In this document: piece after piece, positions 49,854 through 63,553 of the stretch
How the letters are laid out: each line of letters begins with the position of its first letter
Position numbering within the stretch: the first letter of the stretch is position 1
DNA from: Mobula hypostoma
Taxonomy: Eukaryota
NCBI RefSeq assembly: GCF_963921235.1
Contig: NC_086118.1
Location: 24,120,001 to 24,184,000 of the forward strand
Reading direction: 5' to 3'
Length of the DNA stretch: 64,000 nucleotides
The notes under the pieces: generated by a model
Seen by the model: the letters and a program-made list of their open reading frames with translations, nothing else
What the model was told of the DNA's origin: nothing
Database searches by the model: none
Translations under genes and position numbers: made by a program

Positions 49854-52800
49854 TAGCCCAAGTGGCTGAGTGACACACCCTGTAGATTGATGGTGCAGGG
49901 ATGTTGCCCTGGAGTCAATTTTCTGCGGAACATCTCACAGCAGTTCCTCATATAGCACAGTGTAGCAACAGTTGAATGCAATCTAGATTGTCTTCTACTG
50001 AGTGAACACTGGAGGGCTGCATCCACCAGCCTCACACAGAACCCAGCAGCACACAGCCAGCTTCAGTATCTGCTTCTCGGGCAGCCTCAACAGGCGACCC
50101 CGAGGCATGAATGAGGCCTGGTCCACTCCACAGCTGAGGCTACACAGCTCCCACACCATTGGTCTCACTAATGAAGCAGTAAATCGGACTTACAGTATTC
50201 TACATTACAAACGTCCAGCAGGGTCTTATGGATCACAACAAAAACGAACAGGGCAATCATCTGCGCTGTTTATTAGACTGCGCACTCAGAGATAGACCGA
50301 GATAGACTGAAAAGACAGGGAGTCAGGATCCAAGGCAAGAGTCAATGGTGCTTGCTCTCTATGATGTTCACTCCTCTCTCCATGGTGTTGAGGCTATGAA
50401 GACTGCCCGGTTGCTGTGCTCCATGCCTGCTAACATGATGTACTGATAATTGAGGCTGCTCTGGGGTTCGGATCTGAGGACCCAATTTTGTTCAGAGTGT
50501 TGCTGTTCATTTCAATTGTTTGCATGATTTGTGTTTTTCCTCGCTTTCTCTTGCACATCAGGTATTGGTCTTCTTTTTTCTCTCTTTAAATGGGTTCTTT
50601 CAGGTTTCTTGCTCTGTGGCTACCTGTTAGCAAACAAATCTCAAGGTTGTATAATTTATCCATTCTTTGATAATATATGTGCTTTGAACTTTGAACTTCT
50701 GAGTGGCTGAAGCAGGCTGCAACAAGGTACACAACGAGTTCAGCTCTGCCACTATCCAGCAACTCACTAGTAGAGTTGACCTGAAGTATGTGACGTTCTT
50801 GATAACCAGCAGTGACTTGTAATCAAGAAAAAGACTTTAAGGATGAACAATCGCACCTGTGGATGGACCCAGAGACACCGTTGCGTCCAAGCATGTTGCA
50901 ATCTTACTGGAAGTAAGATGTTCCTTCTCCTGTCCATTCAACACATTAATGAGATCCTTCCATTTCTGTCCACAACGTTATTTATGTACTGATGAATGTG
51001 ATAGCAAGATAATCAGGCAGAAAAATTCCCAGGTTATGGCATGAGCAATCTTGCTATGTCTTCCCAGAGTGATATTATGCTTGTAAACCATTTTCATATC
51101 TTTTCCATGACCTCTTAATATACAATTATTAGACAAGTAAGGTATAAATCTATTAACTTCGTTAAACAAGTAAGAATATTAGGAGCAGGTTGAAAGTTAT
51201 ATGAGGTGAATGACAATTTACCACATTTATCTAACCACATGATAACTCACAATTCATGTGGCAACACATCCCACCACAAACTAATTTGTCTACTTATAAA
51301 CAAATAATAATGAACATCATTAAATGATATCTCTTGTTATTTGAGCAAATATGATCTTCAATTCAATGCATATATAAACTTTAAAATACAAGCCTTTGAA
51401 GCTACTATTGAGAATAAAACGGGTTGAGAAAATCTTGAAAAAAATAAGTATTACATTGGTAGTACAAAGCCTTAGCCTGCAATGAATAAGTTTTGGATTT
51501 GGGTTTTACTTCATCAAAGCTCATTCCCGCAATGTTCTGCCAACAGCGTCACATTAATTTGATTTTATATAAAGGAAAAGTGAATTAAACTTGGAGCTCT
51601 ATTTATATTGTGTTCTGCACTGTGAGTCATTTGCTTAGTAACTTGATAGCTGTAACTTTAAACTTGCATGTGAAATGCATTTTTATAGTTTATATTTTTA
51701 TTTTCTGTATACTTTTCTAGTTTATCCATCCCATTTGATAGATCCCATTTTTATCTTGTAATTGGTCAAAATTGTGAAGACAATTTTGCTTTGCAATGGA
51801 ACATCTTTAAAATTACAGGGCACTAAGATGGGCAAATAACAACTAGAATAGCAAAGGTATTTTTTACATTCTGCCAGGTATTGACATAACTTACTGAAAT
51901 ATTCACCCCAGAATACCTTTCTCTTTCTCTTTTTACACGCAATGCATTTGCCATTACTTTCCAGTTTAAGACATCAATTCTCTCATGGTACATTCTGTAT
52001 TGTCAAAAGTGAAGAATCTATGTGGGAGCTTTTAACAAAGAAAAACTCTATGTGGTATATTATTCATTAGAATTATGATTAATTGTACATTTTCATCAAT
52101 ATATTTTTGTGGAACTGCTACTAACCAGCTGTTGATCAGCAGCCCCACCATGTGGCTGAAACATGATACTACAGTTTTCAAGCTGAAAATTCAAGCTAAT
52201 TTTCTGGGTGCATAAACACCAGAGATTCTGTAGATGCTAGAAATCTTGAGCAACACACACAAAATGCTGGAGGAACTCAGCATCTATGGAGGGAATAATC
52301 AATACTTGTTTCGGGCCAAGACCCTACAACCTGATGTGTGTCGTCCATGAAAACTTACATTATTTAATGGGACCATGTACTGCCGATCTATAATCTGAAA
52401 GAAGTGTAGCAAATCTAGCTCATATTCAACACCTAAATGCAACAACTTCTCAGCATTCAGTACAATGGTGATGCAAACATCAGAGTACTGGAGCTCAGAT
52501 AGAAACTGTTAAGATATCAGGTTTTGCTGTATATCCAGCTCCTGTCCAAAGTTATAGCATATCCGCATAAATAGTGGTGGCATCATGAAACATGATTATT
52601 TTGACAGTAAAACTGGGTTCATTAACCTTTTCCTGGAGTTGATGATTTTATTTTTAGGTCTGGACACATTCTGAAAATGGATCTTTAGAGTGAGGAACAG
52701 TAACCAATCTCACGGGTTCTCAGGGTCTCTGACGGGTACTGTGAAGTTCATCCTGAGAGCTGGGGAACGTGAGGGAGCCTGAGCTACACCACTGAGGATC

Positions 52801-53339
52801 CACCAGCACGGCGCAAGTGTCCCGTGGACATTCACTTACCTAGAGCAGAAAACCGGACTTTAGCCTGCATTGGATTCCAAGCCTTCACTCAGCTAAGTTT
52901 GTAAAGGCCAGCAGATACAAGAGGACGTGCCAGTTTCTCAGAGGATCAACCCTTGGGTTGAGAGAGCAGGGTTGTGTCCCAGACCGTACACTAGATGGCG
53001 ACCAAGCACTGATTTACAATCATGGTTTTAACTGCAACTGAAATCTCAAATCCATACATAATGTGCTCAGAGTTCATGACTGCTTAATTCCAATGAACTG
53101 ATAATAGATTTACTTTAGAGTGTCTCAATTTTTACTTCGATGTGTTCTTTCTATTGATTAAATTTATCACAGAATCGATTTTTAGTACTGTACAAAGTTA
53201 CCACTTAAATTAACATTTGCTTCAATATAATTGCATTTTTATCCTGTCAATGTGCTAACATTACCACCACAATCAGTTTTATAAAGAGATTTCTTCATTA
53301 GAACAGGGTTTAGTTGTACATTATTTTAAAAAACATAAG

Positions 53340-53640
53340 TAAAGTAAAGGCATCCGTTAGTCTTGCGAGACCATTGATCTGCGCCTGATAAGTCTTCACT
53401 CTCCAGGGCGCAGGCCTGGGCAGGGTTGTATGGAAGACCAGCTCTCCCCTCTCCACGACACCAATGTTGTCCAAGGGAAGGGCATTAGGACCCATACAGC
53501 TTGGCACCAGTGTCGTCGCAGAGCAATGTGTGATTAAGTGCCTTGCTCAAGGATACAACACGTCGTCTTGGCTGGGGCTCGAACTCACGAACTTCAGGTC
53601 GCTAGTTCAATGTCTTAACCACTTGGCCACGTGCCCACAT
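53340..53640 (-). mobile_element. tRNA-derived SINE (same family as 17614-17933)
   Basis: Near-identical reverse-complement sequence including the A and B boxes. Confidence 0.88.
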
Positions 53641-54654
53641 ATGTCTCCTATAATTCAAGTCCCATCTCCAAATGTAAGGAAGCTTAAGTGCAATAGGAAT
53701 TAGAGCTATCATCCACCTTACAATTATAATGCTCATTTATAAGATTTAATGATACAGTTATTCAGTTGCAGATCTATCTATGATAACTGCTCTAAATCCG
53801 TTCTCCTGAAAGCTGTTTATTTAAAGTTACTGGCACTCTACAATATTACATTGATGTTCATATATGGATGCTTTTGGGTTGCTAGCTTTATTGGAACATC
53901 AGCTTTGTTTATTCATTCCTTTCAGGTTTTTGAGTCAATCATTTGTGAAGCTAAGACCCGTCCTGCTCCTCTTGAACTTCTAAATTGGTTTAATATCATC
54001 TGTGCAATACTGGGAGATAACTGCATTGACAAAGTTTGGGTTTGCAGATGAGGCTTATCCTGATAGATAGAAAGATCCTACCAGAAGAGTTCTTAAAAAA
54101 ATAAAAATCAATTGAGAAATCAATAAACTTAAAGCTTAATGTGCTGTATATTTTTAAAAATAACTAAATGTATCATTTCAACTCTTAAACATACTTACAA
54201 ATAAATAAAATTGAATGAAAACAATTAACAGAAGTGTGACTGAACTGGATACTCCTTTTCCTTCCAATACTAGTAAAATCAACTTTCAAATAAATAGGTT
54301 TGTGTTCCTGTTCCAGATTCTCGTCATAAGCATTTAGAAATGAAGCAGGTCTGTACTCAACCACTGGGATTCCATGTGAAGTCCATCAGAACTCGATCAA
54401 GATATGGGTGACTTTGCAAGCACTTGAATGCCAAGAGTTCACCACAAAACCACTAGCATTTTCTAACAAGATCTGGTTCATTATATGCAAACGTGAGCTG
54501 CTTGTTTATTGTTACTCACTTATTATAACACAGAAGGAGTCCAGATGCGTCATCAGGTCAATGCCAATTCCCAGCCAGTCCAACAACCACTCAACGTATT
54601 TTCCCAGTGGCCCTGCAATTTCCACGCCACACTGCTCACTCTCTCTCTCAAAGA

Positions 54655-54950
54655 GTAGAAAGATAAAGATTAGCTTTATTTCTCACATGTACATTGAAGC
54701 ATACAGCAATATGCATAATTTCATTCAAATCAAGTAAGCAAGGATCTGGTGGACAGCCCACAATTTTCGCCACACTTCCAGCACCAACATAGCATACCCA
54801 CAACACATTAACCCTAACTGTACAGTATGTCTTTGGAATGTAGGTGGCAAACCAGAGTACCTGGAGGAAACTCATGCAGGCACGGAGAGAACATACAAAC
54901 CCCTTACAGACTGCAGCAGCATTGGAATAGGGTTACACTAATCACTATGG
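54655..54950 (-). mobile_element. V-domain SINE-related element with LINE-type tail
   Basis: 'tatgtctttggaatgtaggtggcaaaccagagtacctggaggaaactcatgcag...acatacaaac'. Confidence 0.7.
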
Positions 54951-57900
54951 TAAAAGCCAATTCACAATCTAAAAGTACTGTGGTCAATGGTTCTATTTTT
55001 TGATCACTGATTCCATATTAATTAAGACAGAAAAACATTTATAAACTCAGACTATCTTGTCATTATTCAGATCTCAGCTGGTTTAAGTGCTGATATTGTG
55101 CAACTATAGTGTGTGAGCCACGGCAGTCAAAGCCCAAACTGGGCACAGCACCTGATGATGATAGAGAAGCATTTAATGCATAAGAATTGCTGAAGTTTAG
55201 CGTTAAGCAACTACCTCACTAAAATCAATTTCTATTAACTTGCAATCAAAATAAATGTTGTTAGGTTCAGTTTTCCTGTCTATCAGTCTTACACTTGTAA
55301 TAGTGTACCCATGTATAGGAGCAGAAAGATGTATTTTGTTAAGCATCCACCAACGTATGCCATCAAACAGGCTCCAAATATCAGTCACCTGCCCTGAATG
55401 GACTGTCCCAACAATTTGGTTGAAACTTGTGGTTTGTAGTACAATTTTAGTTATGCACATGACTAATATCCAGCAATACAAATCATCCCCTGTCCATCAG
55501 TCACCTAGCTGCCACAACTTTGCATAGACTGCATGATGAAACTCAATACTCAATGATAGCATTAAATGCCTTTTGAATCCCATCTGGTTTTGACATCTAA
55601 AGATTGTCAGTGGCCCAATGGATGTTGTTTACTAAAGTTAGTAAAATGAGAATAAAGGGAGAGATTTTTTTTAATTCAGAAAGAAACTGCAATAAAGCCA
55701 GAGGTGATTTAGTACAACTTACCAAAATATCATCACCTGGAAGATGAATGACGTAAATTTGGTTGCAGGGCTGAAACGTAAAGAGGAATAATCCAGGGAG
55801 CATCAACAAGCATAGAATATGTACTGGAAAATTTAGTTAAAATGGCTAACTACAAAGTGGACCCAACGTCTGAACTATCAAGATTATCATTGGGAGAGTG
55901 AATTACATCCCATCCCCTCCCTCCTGCCAGTTTCCGTTATTTCGCTCTGTATCCCTGTGAGCCATGGGGATTCTTAATTGATCTTCTATGACTGATTGCT
56001 TTCACCCCAAATCTGTTCTTGAACAAATGCTTCTTAAAGTTCTGCTCCCCTTTAGCCTGAGCCATGTTAATTTGTGATGGGTACTCTTCCAATATTGCAA
56101 CAAGTGCAATTAGCTGCAATTTGTGACGTCTCAAAGTTGGGACATGATGTAAATATAAGTCTTTCTTTCTTTCTTTCACAAACCTGCAACCAAGTTCCTT
56201 CACGGACTTTTTCTGAAAAGCCCAATATCAAAGGTGCTGAAATTTGAAGACACAAAAATACTGATCAAAATACCAACCAAGCCAATTAACATTTGGATGG
56301 AGGTGCAAAATTAATGTTTCAAGTCAGTGATTTCCTTCACATCCTATCACATGAAAAGTCAATTCATCAACATTAATTCGATAAAAAGATTTTGTTTTTG
56401 CCTTGTACTTGCTACGTTACAGTAAAGGATGTTACTGGAGGAGTTCTAACAAGCATATTATCCCAATAGATCTTTGAAGATTCTGCCATGAAAACAGAAT
56501 GGAAAACATTGCATGTGAAATTGCTGGCCAATGCCTCTGACACAGAAAGCAATGATTATTCCCAAGTTAAAATCCTTGGAATCAGATTTTATCCCAGTAG
56601 ATAAGAGAATTCTGTGCAGAGCCACACAGGAAGAGGAATTCTTTGAAAAATATTTCTGCATGTACCTTAAATTGAACTTTTGGATTGCCTGAAATTTTGA
56701 GATGTAGCTGTCTGCTTTGGATCAGTGCCACAACCACTTTGATGATTCATTTAATAATAGACTTTAACACAACCTTTGAACTGTCAAGAAGTAAATTAAT
56801 GTCACTAACGAGATGGCTGATTGAAAAGTATCCCTTTAATCATTTGAGATCAGAGGGAGAAGTTTCACACAAAAAATATTCTTGAATTAACCACAACACA
56901 GCATAATAGTGAGCAAGCAGACAAGGACGATACTAGGTTTGATCACTAACCTGTGTAAGATTAATTGATCTCAGTCCCCGTGTTAAATGACAGAGGAATG
57001 AATTTCAAAAAACAATGAACAGATTCTACTATTTTTCTTTCACTTTATACTAAACATCAAATGTTCATTCACATTGAACAACTGTTTCAAGTAGAGATTT
57101 CTCTTGAAATATTCAATTGGACTTCAGAATTTGAAATACATTTTTTGAAATTATAATTGGCCTCATAAAAGTTGTAATAAAGTGTAGACATACTTTCTGA
57201 ATTTCATGTTAAAAGTGGTCTACGTGCCTGGTGTACTGTGCCTCCAATCCCACTGAGGAAAAAAAGAGTTAATCGTGTTGACGCTCAAGTTTGATCTTTT
57301 ATAACTGGAGATATGGCATAAATAACTAAGGATGAATTTTGATCCCAACATTTGTGGGTTTAGGGCACTGGCCTAATACTGATTGACACTTGGCTAATAG
57401 ATATGCAATGTAACGGTATCATTGTGGTTGCAGTCCTGATGAGGTGTCTCAGCTGGAAACATTAACTGTTTATTCCCCTCCATATACGGTGCCTGACCAA
57501 CTAAGTTCCAGCTGAATGCATTTTGTGTGCATTGCACAAGTATTGCACCCTAAGAATAAAACATTCAAATTTGCTTAAATAGAAGCAGGGTTCTGTCAAG
57601 GCGATCTGTAAACTTGTTCTGCCGTTCAGGGGTTACTATGCTTCCAGATTTCCTGGGCCCATAATATCTGTAGAATTTGAACAGAGAATTTCAAAGATTC
57701 ACAATTCTCTCCTTATTTCACCAGAGTAGAATGGGCCTACACACTGGAGTGTAGAATGTCATCTCAGTGAACTTCTGTCAAATGCACAGCAGACATAAAT
57801 AGAAACGGAAAATGCAGGAAACACTCAGTAGGTCAGGTAGCATCTGTGGAAGGAAAAATAAAATTAATGTTTTAATTTGAAGACCCTTTATCAAAACTCA

Positions 57901-58054
57901 AAAGACTTGACAGGGTAGATGCTGAATTGTTGCTCTGTTCAGCTGAGTCCACATCTATAAAACATAATCTCAGGATTAGCCATTCATGACTGAGATTATC
58001 AGAAATATCTTCACTTACAGGACAATGCATCTTTGCACTTCCCTCTCTACTGCT

Positions 58055-58345
58055 GGTACGGTGGCACAGCTAGTGGGGCTGTAGCGTCACACGCAATAGT
58101 GCCCTGGGTTTGATTTTGATGTCTGGTGCTATCTGTGTGGATTGACCGGATGGTATTCCACCAAGTGTCCTGGTATCCTCCCACGTCCCAAACATGTAAT
58201 TTACCCATTGGGTGTAGGTAGTCAGGAGGGAGTTGACAGAAACCTGGTGACAATAAGGATACAGGGAATATGAATAAGGTAATGGAATAATAGGTTTGTT
58301 TGGAGAGTAATTATAGACTTGATGGGCTGAATAGCCATTTTCTGT
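58055..58345 (+). mobile_element. Degenerate V-domain SINE
   Basis: 'gtacggtggcacagctagt...cctgggtttgatt...tcctcccacgtcccaaac...gatgggctgaatagcc'. Confidence 0.7.
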
Positions 58346-59105
58346 AACAAAGTCTCTCATAAAGCTATTTGGCATGCAAAAGGGTCTTTTGGTTCAACAT
58401 TTTCATGTCAACCATATAGACTACCTGAGCTAGATCCACTTGCCTGCACTTGGCCCATATCACTTTCAACATTCACAATTCTTGTACCTGTCTAAATGTC
58501 TTAGCAACATTACCCTTGCCTCTATCACTCACTTCCTCAGGTAGCTTATTCCATATACCCACCAACCTCGCTGTGAAAATTCTGCCCCTCAGGTCATGAG
58601 TGTTCTGCTTCTTTATTCAGTTAGCAAATTCAATGGGAATGATAGAATACTCATTCTTAACAAAATCAGGAATCACCGAAGTTAGGCTTGGCTCACAGAC
58701 CACATAGAAAAGTCTCTTTCTCCCAGATTCCTTCATAGAAATTTTAAATTAATTTAAGTAATCATGGAGTTCAGCTATGCAAAGAAAAACATACTGTTAA
58801 ACATGTTTACTTTACACCTTCCAAATTAAGTAGTTAGGTTATTCTTTTTCTAGACTGAACGATTTAAAATTTATTTATCTGAGATGAAGCCCATAAATTT
58901 AAGCTCATCTGAAATGGTGATTGTCAATTGGCAGGATGGTCTTTGCCCTCTGACCCGATGGTGTTGTGCTCATGTTTTCAATCATTTCCAAATTCCAAGA
59001 AATGAACCAAGTTTTTTTAATATATTCTGCATCTCTGAGTTGAGTTACTAGCTGACCACACCCTGAGAAATTGAACAAGCTACAAACTCAAGCCACAGAT
59101 TCTAG

Positions 59106-59335
59106 GCAGCATCTCTAGAAAGAGGTACAGTCGACATTTCAGGCCAATATCCTTCGTCAGGACTAACTGAAGGAAGAGTTGTACTAACTCTTCCTTCAGT
59201 TAGTCCTGACGAAGGGACTCGGCCTGAAACGTCGACTGTACCTCTTCCTAGAGATGCTGCCTGGTCTGCTGCATTCACCAGCAACTTTGATGTGTGTTGC
59301 ACGAATTTCCAGCATCTGCAGAATTCCTGTTGTTT
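59106..59335. mobile_element. Second non-coding palindromic Penelope pLTR insertion
   Basis: Inverted arms centred at ~59183. 13-bp TSD CCACAGATTCTAG at 59093-59105 and 59336-59348. Confidence 0.88.
59201..59238 (+). ncRNA. Minimal type-I hammerhead ribozyme motif
   Basis: TAGTC-CTGACGA-AGG(gactcgg)CCT-GAAAC-GTC^-GACTG. Confidence 0.8.
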
Positions 59336-60419
59336 CCACAGATTCTAGATTTACTTTGAAATGGGTAAAGCTAATTGGATACTATTATTGAATGATGGAA
59401 ATAAACTTCATATAACGATAAAACTGAATCCATGCTGATGTTGAGGCTACAAATGACAGTCCTCCTTTGTTCTTCATCGAACTCTAGCTAACTAACTTTG
59501 CCTGCTCATTCATATATTTAAATGTTTCTATATTCTTAAATTCTATCACTATATTCTCACCTGTCCTCATTTAACCAATAACATGGTAAGGGAGTAGAAT
59601 AGGGTGAAGTGGTAGATGTTATGTACTGTATCTGTATTTCCAAAAGACCTTTGATAAGATGCAACAAAATAGACATTGAACATTGGAACAAGAAGCAGAA
59701 CAGGAGATAACTAGCAGGATCTTCTATGTGCACATTCTATCTGATTTATTGGTGTCTAATTTATACTGAAGCCTCTCAGTTCTCATTCTGATCACAAGTG
59801 AAACTTGTCTGTGTTTTCTCTCAGAAAATTGTTCCTAATTTTAAAACCATCTATTGTGCAACGTCACACCTGGCTTTTCAAGACCCCGTCCAATTTCTTT
59901 TCTTTCTCTTAGCTATGTCTTTTGATTTCTGGAAATATCTTCATAAATCCTCTTTCCACCTCGAGTGGTAACTCCATGTATATTTTTAACGAAAATCAAC
60001 TGGAGCTGTATGCACTAATGTAGTATCATCTAACCAAGGTTAAATACAACTTATGAATAGCATCTTTATTTTTTAATCTGAGTACTCCAGAAATAAACTC
60101 CAGTGCATGGTTCACATTTTCCGTGGACTCAATAACCACAGCAAAGATCATTTGTACACAATCCATTTTTCTACCTCATTTAGATTTTTGAAGTACCGAC
60201 AGTCCCCGAGTTACTTAAGGGTTTTGTTCTTGAGAACTATCTAAGTCAGAAACAAACAATTTGAATGAGAATTGATTAACAAGTTTTATTACCTTGCACT
60301 GTGTAGTTCGTCAAAAATATCCTACATCCAATGGCTAGTTCTAATGCCCTTAAAGTATCAATGGGCGTTACATTAATGACGTATTTTATGTGTTAATAGG
60401 GGAGACCCAGCAGGGTCAT

Positions 60420-60880
60420 GCAACACCTATGAAGCAAAATATACAGTTGACGTTTCAGGCCAAGATTCTTCATCAGGACTGGAGAGGGTGGGGGAAAATG
60501 CTGGATTATGAAGGTGGGGGCGAAGAGGTGTACCAGACAGCAGATGATGGGGGAGATCAAGTGAGGGTGAAGGTGGTGGGTGGGGTTGGGGGTATGAAAT
60601 AAGAAGCTAGAGGGTTTTTACATACTAGTCCATGGCCTACTCTACTGCTATAGTGAGCCACACTCAGGTTAAAGGAGCAATACCTCATACTGTGTCTGGG
60701 TAACTTCCGACATGATGGCATGAACATTGATTCCTCTAGCTTTATGGTAATTTATCTCTGCTCTCGTTTCTCTCTTTTTCCATCCTGGCTTCCTTCTCAC
60801 CTACCCATCACCCCCCTCTGGTGCCCCTCCTCCTTTCTCTCATGGTCCACTGTCTTCTCCTATCAGATTCGGTCTTCTTC
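60420..60880. mobile_element. Older Penelope-like fragment with inverted pLTR
   Basis: Minus-strand hammerhead remnant at 60444-60481 (CTGATGA..GAAACGTC), followed by a plus-strand GIY-YIG C-terminal remnant at ~60625-60740. Confidence 0.75.
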
Positions 60881-61743
60881 AATCAATTCCACCAATCAAA
60901 GGAGGAAGAGTCCTAGTACTGAATAAGGACTATAAAATAATTATTGGGTTTAAAGTGACAGTTGTAAGTTCACAGGGGAAATTTCCCCGAGATAAGGGTT
61001 TAAATCTGACCCTGCCCAAGGTACTGGTGGCAGCTGAGCCTCTCTCAACTTCCGAGAACCTGGAGAGCCTCGTGAATTGGTAAATAAATTAGTTTATTAT
61101 CCTCTCATGTACCAAGGTGGTGAAAAACTTTGTTTCACATGTCATCCATACGGAACATTTCATTGCAACAATGCAATGAGGTAGCACAAGGGAAAATAAT
61201 AACAGAACGCAGAATAAAGCAGTACACTTAGAGGGAGGGCTGTTCTGGCGGACAATAAATCCTTGACAAAGTAGATTGTGAGGTGAAGAGACTGTTTGGG
61301 GATTGTCTGTGGAATTGGAGGCCCATCTGTGCACGTGAATTGGCGGGTGTGTGGGATGGAGGGTGAGAAAGGCTGTTTTGTTGTTTATTACTTGTTCTGC
61401 TGAATGTTGTGGGCTTACTAAGTGGGCGCGACTTTTGCAGGATGCCCCCAGAACCTCCTCAGATGTGTTGGTTGTTAACACAAACAATGCATTTCACTAT
61501 ATGCATTGATGTGCATGTAATAAATAAATCTGTATCGGATCTAACATACTTAAGCTATTTTGTTTAGACTTGAAATGATCATTCACAGATTTCAAAACTA
61601 TGTTTTAACAGCTGAGGGAACAACCAGCTAGACAGAGTTAGATGGGTATTTGATAAGTACCTGATAAGCAAGGGGGTGAAAGGTTGCCGGAGGTTGACCA
61701 GAATGTAAAGTTGAGGTTACAGTAGGATCAGCAACAACCTAAT

Positions 61744-62140
61744 TACTTACTTCCCTTAACACCACTGGTGTTTAGGGCAGCAATGAAAGACCTTCACCTC
61801 TGGGGGAGTTCAGGGATTCCTTCATCGCGCCAATAGATTCCTTGTGGTTTTTGCTACTGTCAGTCATTCAAGTCTCAGGCAGAGACACAGGAATACCATC
61901 ACGCTCAGATGTAAAAGGAATTTTCACTGCTGTTTCCATAACAGGTTTGTTTTACCAGTCAGGGTTGTTGGTCCTGAGCTGAACCCACGAATCCTGAGGA
62001 TTGATGGACCCACTATTAGTCTGACCTCTACCTTTTGACCTATTTGATATAGGTGACCCTACCAAAATCCAAAGCATAAAGCCTTGACTCCAGCCAACAT
62101 AGCTCTTTAGTTCATTGAGGCACGCAAGCCTCCAAACCTA
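61744..62140 (-). mobile_element. Internally deleted RTE-type element (5' UTR joined to 3' end)
   Basis: (AAGT)n tail and 'ttgctgccctaaacacc' 3' motif, plus RTE-like 5' UTR 'gtagggtcacc...caacaaccctgactgg' on the minus strand. Confidence 0.6.
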
Positions 62141-63018
62141 CATAGAAACATAGAAAATAGGTGGGGTAGGCCATTCGGCCCTTCGAGCCTGCACCGCCAT
62201 TCAGTATGATCATGGCTGATCATCCAACTCAGAACCCTGTACCTGTTTTCCCTCCATACCCCCACTCCCTTTAGCCACAAGGGCCATATCTAACTCCCTC
62301 TTATATATAGCCAATGAACTGGCCTCAACAGTTTCCTGTGGCAGAGAATTCCACAGATTCACCACTCTCTGTGTGAAGAAGTTTTTCCTAATCTCGGTCC
62401 TAAAAGGCTTCCCTTTTATCCTCAAACTGTGGCCCCTCGTTCTGGACTTCCTCAACATCGGGAACAATCTTCCTGCATCTAGCCTGTCCAATCCCTTTAG
62501 GATCTTATACGTTTCAATCAGATCCCCCCTCAATCTTCTAAATTCCAACGAGTACAAGCCCAATTCATCCAGTCTTTCTTCATATGAAAGTCCTACCATC
62601 CCAGGAATCAATCTGGTGAACCTTCTTTGTACTCCCTGTATGGGAAGAATGTCTTTCCTTAGATTAGGGGACCAAAACTGCACACAATACTCCAGGTGTG
62701 GTCTCACCAAGGCCTTGTACATCTGCAGTAGAACCCCCTGCTCCTGTACTCAAATCCTCTTGTTTTGAATGCCAACATACCATTCGCCTTTTTCACCGCC
62801 TGCTGTACCTGCAAGCCCACTTTCAATGACTGGTGTATAATGACACCCAGGTCTCGTTGCACCTCCCCTTTTCCTAATCGGCCACCATTCAGATAATCAT
62901 CTGTTTTCCTGTTCTTGACATCAAAGTGGATAACCTCACATTTGTCCACATTAAATTGCATCTGCCATGAATTTGCCCACTCACCTAACCTATCCAAGCC
63001 ACCCTGCATCCTCTTAGC
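62141..63018 (-). mobile_element. Relatively young CR1 LINE 3' fragment
   Basis: ORFs 62210..62722 and 62704..63090 (one frameshift) 'YKALVRPHLEYCVQFWSP', with a TTTCTATG-type tail. Confidence 0.92.
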
Positions 63019-63470
63019 TACAAGGTTCTGGTCCTCTTGTTGGAACTTTATTAACTGCAGAATAATTTTAAGGACTGAATGGCCTTTCACTTCCTCTGAA
63101 TCTACAAGTTCATACTTGCAGCAGAACTGACTTTGCCTCTACTCACTTCAAGTAAGTGCGCACAGGGAAAGAAAATAATTGCTGTGTAATTTCATTAAAC
63201 TTAACATTGAAGCCTACTGCTTACTGGATGACTCAGGGGTAATCTGGTAGTGTTTTGAACAGTAATATTTCAGAGCTACACATCGTTACCGATTGCTCAT
63301 CACTATGAGACAATTTAAAACCCTTTTTGCTTTCTTACTGATTTCATCCAATATTACTTTTGAGATAACAACAGTCATATGTGGCAACAATTAGTGATGG
63401 GTGGGTCTGATGAATATGGTCTGGAGTCATTATATAATGAATATAAAGACTGTTAAATATTTCATTAGAC

Positions 63471-63553
63471 CAGGGGTTCCCAACCTGGGGCCCACAGACC
63501 CCTTACTTAATGGTATAAATCCACTGCTTTAAAAAAAAGGTTGGGAACCCCTG
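63471..63553. mobile_element. hAT/Charlie-type MITE (83 bp)
   Basis: TIR CAGGGGTTCCCAACC...GGTTGGGAACCCCTG. 8-bp TSD CATTAGAC / CATTAAAC. Confidence 0.88.
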
